This document shows, piece after piece, positions 39,106 to 40,000 of a stretch of DNA of 40,000 bases. Within the stretch, counting starts at the first letter, position 1. Each line of letters opens with the position of its first letter. Under the pieces are notes generated by a model. The model did not search any database. It saw only the letters and a program-made list of their open reading frames with translations, and was not told where the DNA came from. The DNA is taken from assembly GCF_056989575.1 (NCBI RefSeq), contig NZ_CM168018.1; one strand, 5' to 3'. Made by a program: the position numbers and the translations under genes.

Positions 39106-40000
39106 TTAGTCGCTGGTTGCATGATGACTTGCCTCCAGCGACGGAGTTGACACTGAATGGCGACGTACCAGCGTCGGACTAAAGACATTAGTAATTTCCG
39201 GGAGAGGGCGATTATCCGCCAGCGCCAAAGCCAGTTCGGCAGCCTGGGTCGCCATCGTCACGATTGGGTAACGCACGGTGGTCAGGCGCGGGCGCACATA
39301 GCGTGACACCAGCACATCATCAAAGCCAATTAACGAAATCTCACCCGGTACATCAATACCATTATCATTGAGAACGCCCATCGCACCCGCCGCCATTGAA
39401 TCGTTATAACAGGCTACCGCAGTGAAATTTCTTCCTCGTCCCAAAAGCTCGGTCATTGCCTGTTCGCCGCCGCTTTCGTCTGGTTCGCCAAATGTCACCA
39501 GCCGGTCATTGGCCGCAATACCACTTTCAGCAAGGGCATCGTAATACCCTTGCAGACGATCTTCGGCGTCAGAAATAGAGTGGTTAGAGCACAGATAACC
39601 AATGCGGGTATGACCTTGCTGAATTAAATGACGCGTTGCCAGCCAGGCACCGTAACGATCGTCAAGAGCAATACAACGGTTTTCAAAGCCAGGCAGGATA
39701 CGGTTGATCAGCACCATACCGGGCATTTGTTTCATTAATGAGGCTAAATCGGCATCCGGGATCATTTTGGCATGGACGACCAACGCAGCACAGCGATGGC
39801 GGATCAGTTGCTCAATAGCCTGACGCTCTTTTTGTTCGTTGTGGTAACCGTTGCCAATCAATAAGAAATTACCGGTGTGATAAGCCACCTGTTCGACCGC
39901 TTTCACCATTGCACCGAAAAACGGATCGGAAACATCACCAACGATCAGACCGACCGTTTCAGTGGTCTGCTGCGCCAGCGCACGGGCGTTGGCGTTCGGG
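39106..40000 (-). CDS. galR: GalR, LacI/GalR-family repressor (partial; N-terminus outside window)
   Basis: Minus-strand frame continues beyond ORF-track start 39909 to the edge (NANARALAQQTTETVGLIVGDVSDPFFGAMVKAVEQVAY...); adjacent lysA. Confidence 0.95.
   Translation of the reverse strand, partial: PNANARALAQQTTETVGLIVGDVSDPFFGAMVKAVEQVAYHTGNFLLIGNGYHNEQKERQAIEQLIRHRCAALVVHAKMIPDADLASLMKQMPGMVLINRILPGFENRCIALDDRYGAWLATRHLIQQGHTRIGYLCSNHSISDAEDRLQGYYDALAESGIAANDRLVTFGEPDESGGEQAMTELLGRGRNFTAVACYNDSMAAGAMGVLNDNGIDVPGEISLIGFDDVLVSRYVRPRLTTVRYPIVTMATQAAELALALADNRPLPEITNVFSPTLVRRHSVSTPSLEASHHATSD

Noticed and set aside
1-40000. CRISPR array, prophage, IS element, toxin-antitoxin or anti-phage system
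   Set aside because: No regularly spaced repeats, transposase/integrase, Cas, restriction or recognisable TA proteins in any track ORF or in the intergenic gaps I read.

Overview
The window is an Escherichia coli-type chromosomal segment, read in the direction opposite to the usual K-12 map. It has three parts. (1) 1-10650: purine/diaminopropionate catabolic block ygeY(partial)-ygeX-ygeW, the divergent sigma-54 activator ygeV, xdhC-xdhB-xdhA, and the LysM/M23 lipoprotein ygeR. (2) About 10725-30900: tRNA-Gly(CCC) followed by an AT-rich, decayed ETT2-type (SPI-1-like) type III secretion island. Present are a glycoside-hydrolase-like gene, epaO(nonsense)-epaP-epaQ-epaR-epaS(frameshift), an InvH-like pilotin lipoprotein, an etrA-like LuxR regulator, eprH, eprI(frameshift), eprJ(nonsense plus frameshift), eprK, orgA, orgB remnants, ygeK(nonsense), pbl, ygeI, ygeH, ygeG, ygeF, yqeK, yqeJ, yqeI, yqeH and yqeG. 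The inv/eiv half (secretin, SctV export gate, ATPase) is absent. (3) 31141-40000: ordinary metabolic genes yqeF, kduI, kduD, araE, ygeA, lysR, lysA and the 3' part of galR. I found no CRISPR array, prophage, transposase or clear novel defence system. The most useful observations are the individually locatable T3SS lesions, a probable deletion scar before epaO, a retained internal SctQ-C start, an InvH-like pilotin gene, a ToxR/VtrA-like overlapping regulator pair (yqeI/yqeJ), a Cys-rich LuxR regulator, and a 43-codon unlisted membrane-protein ORF at 28355-28486.
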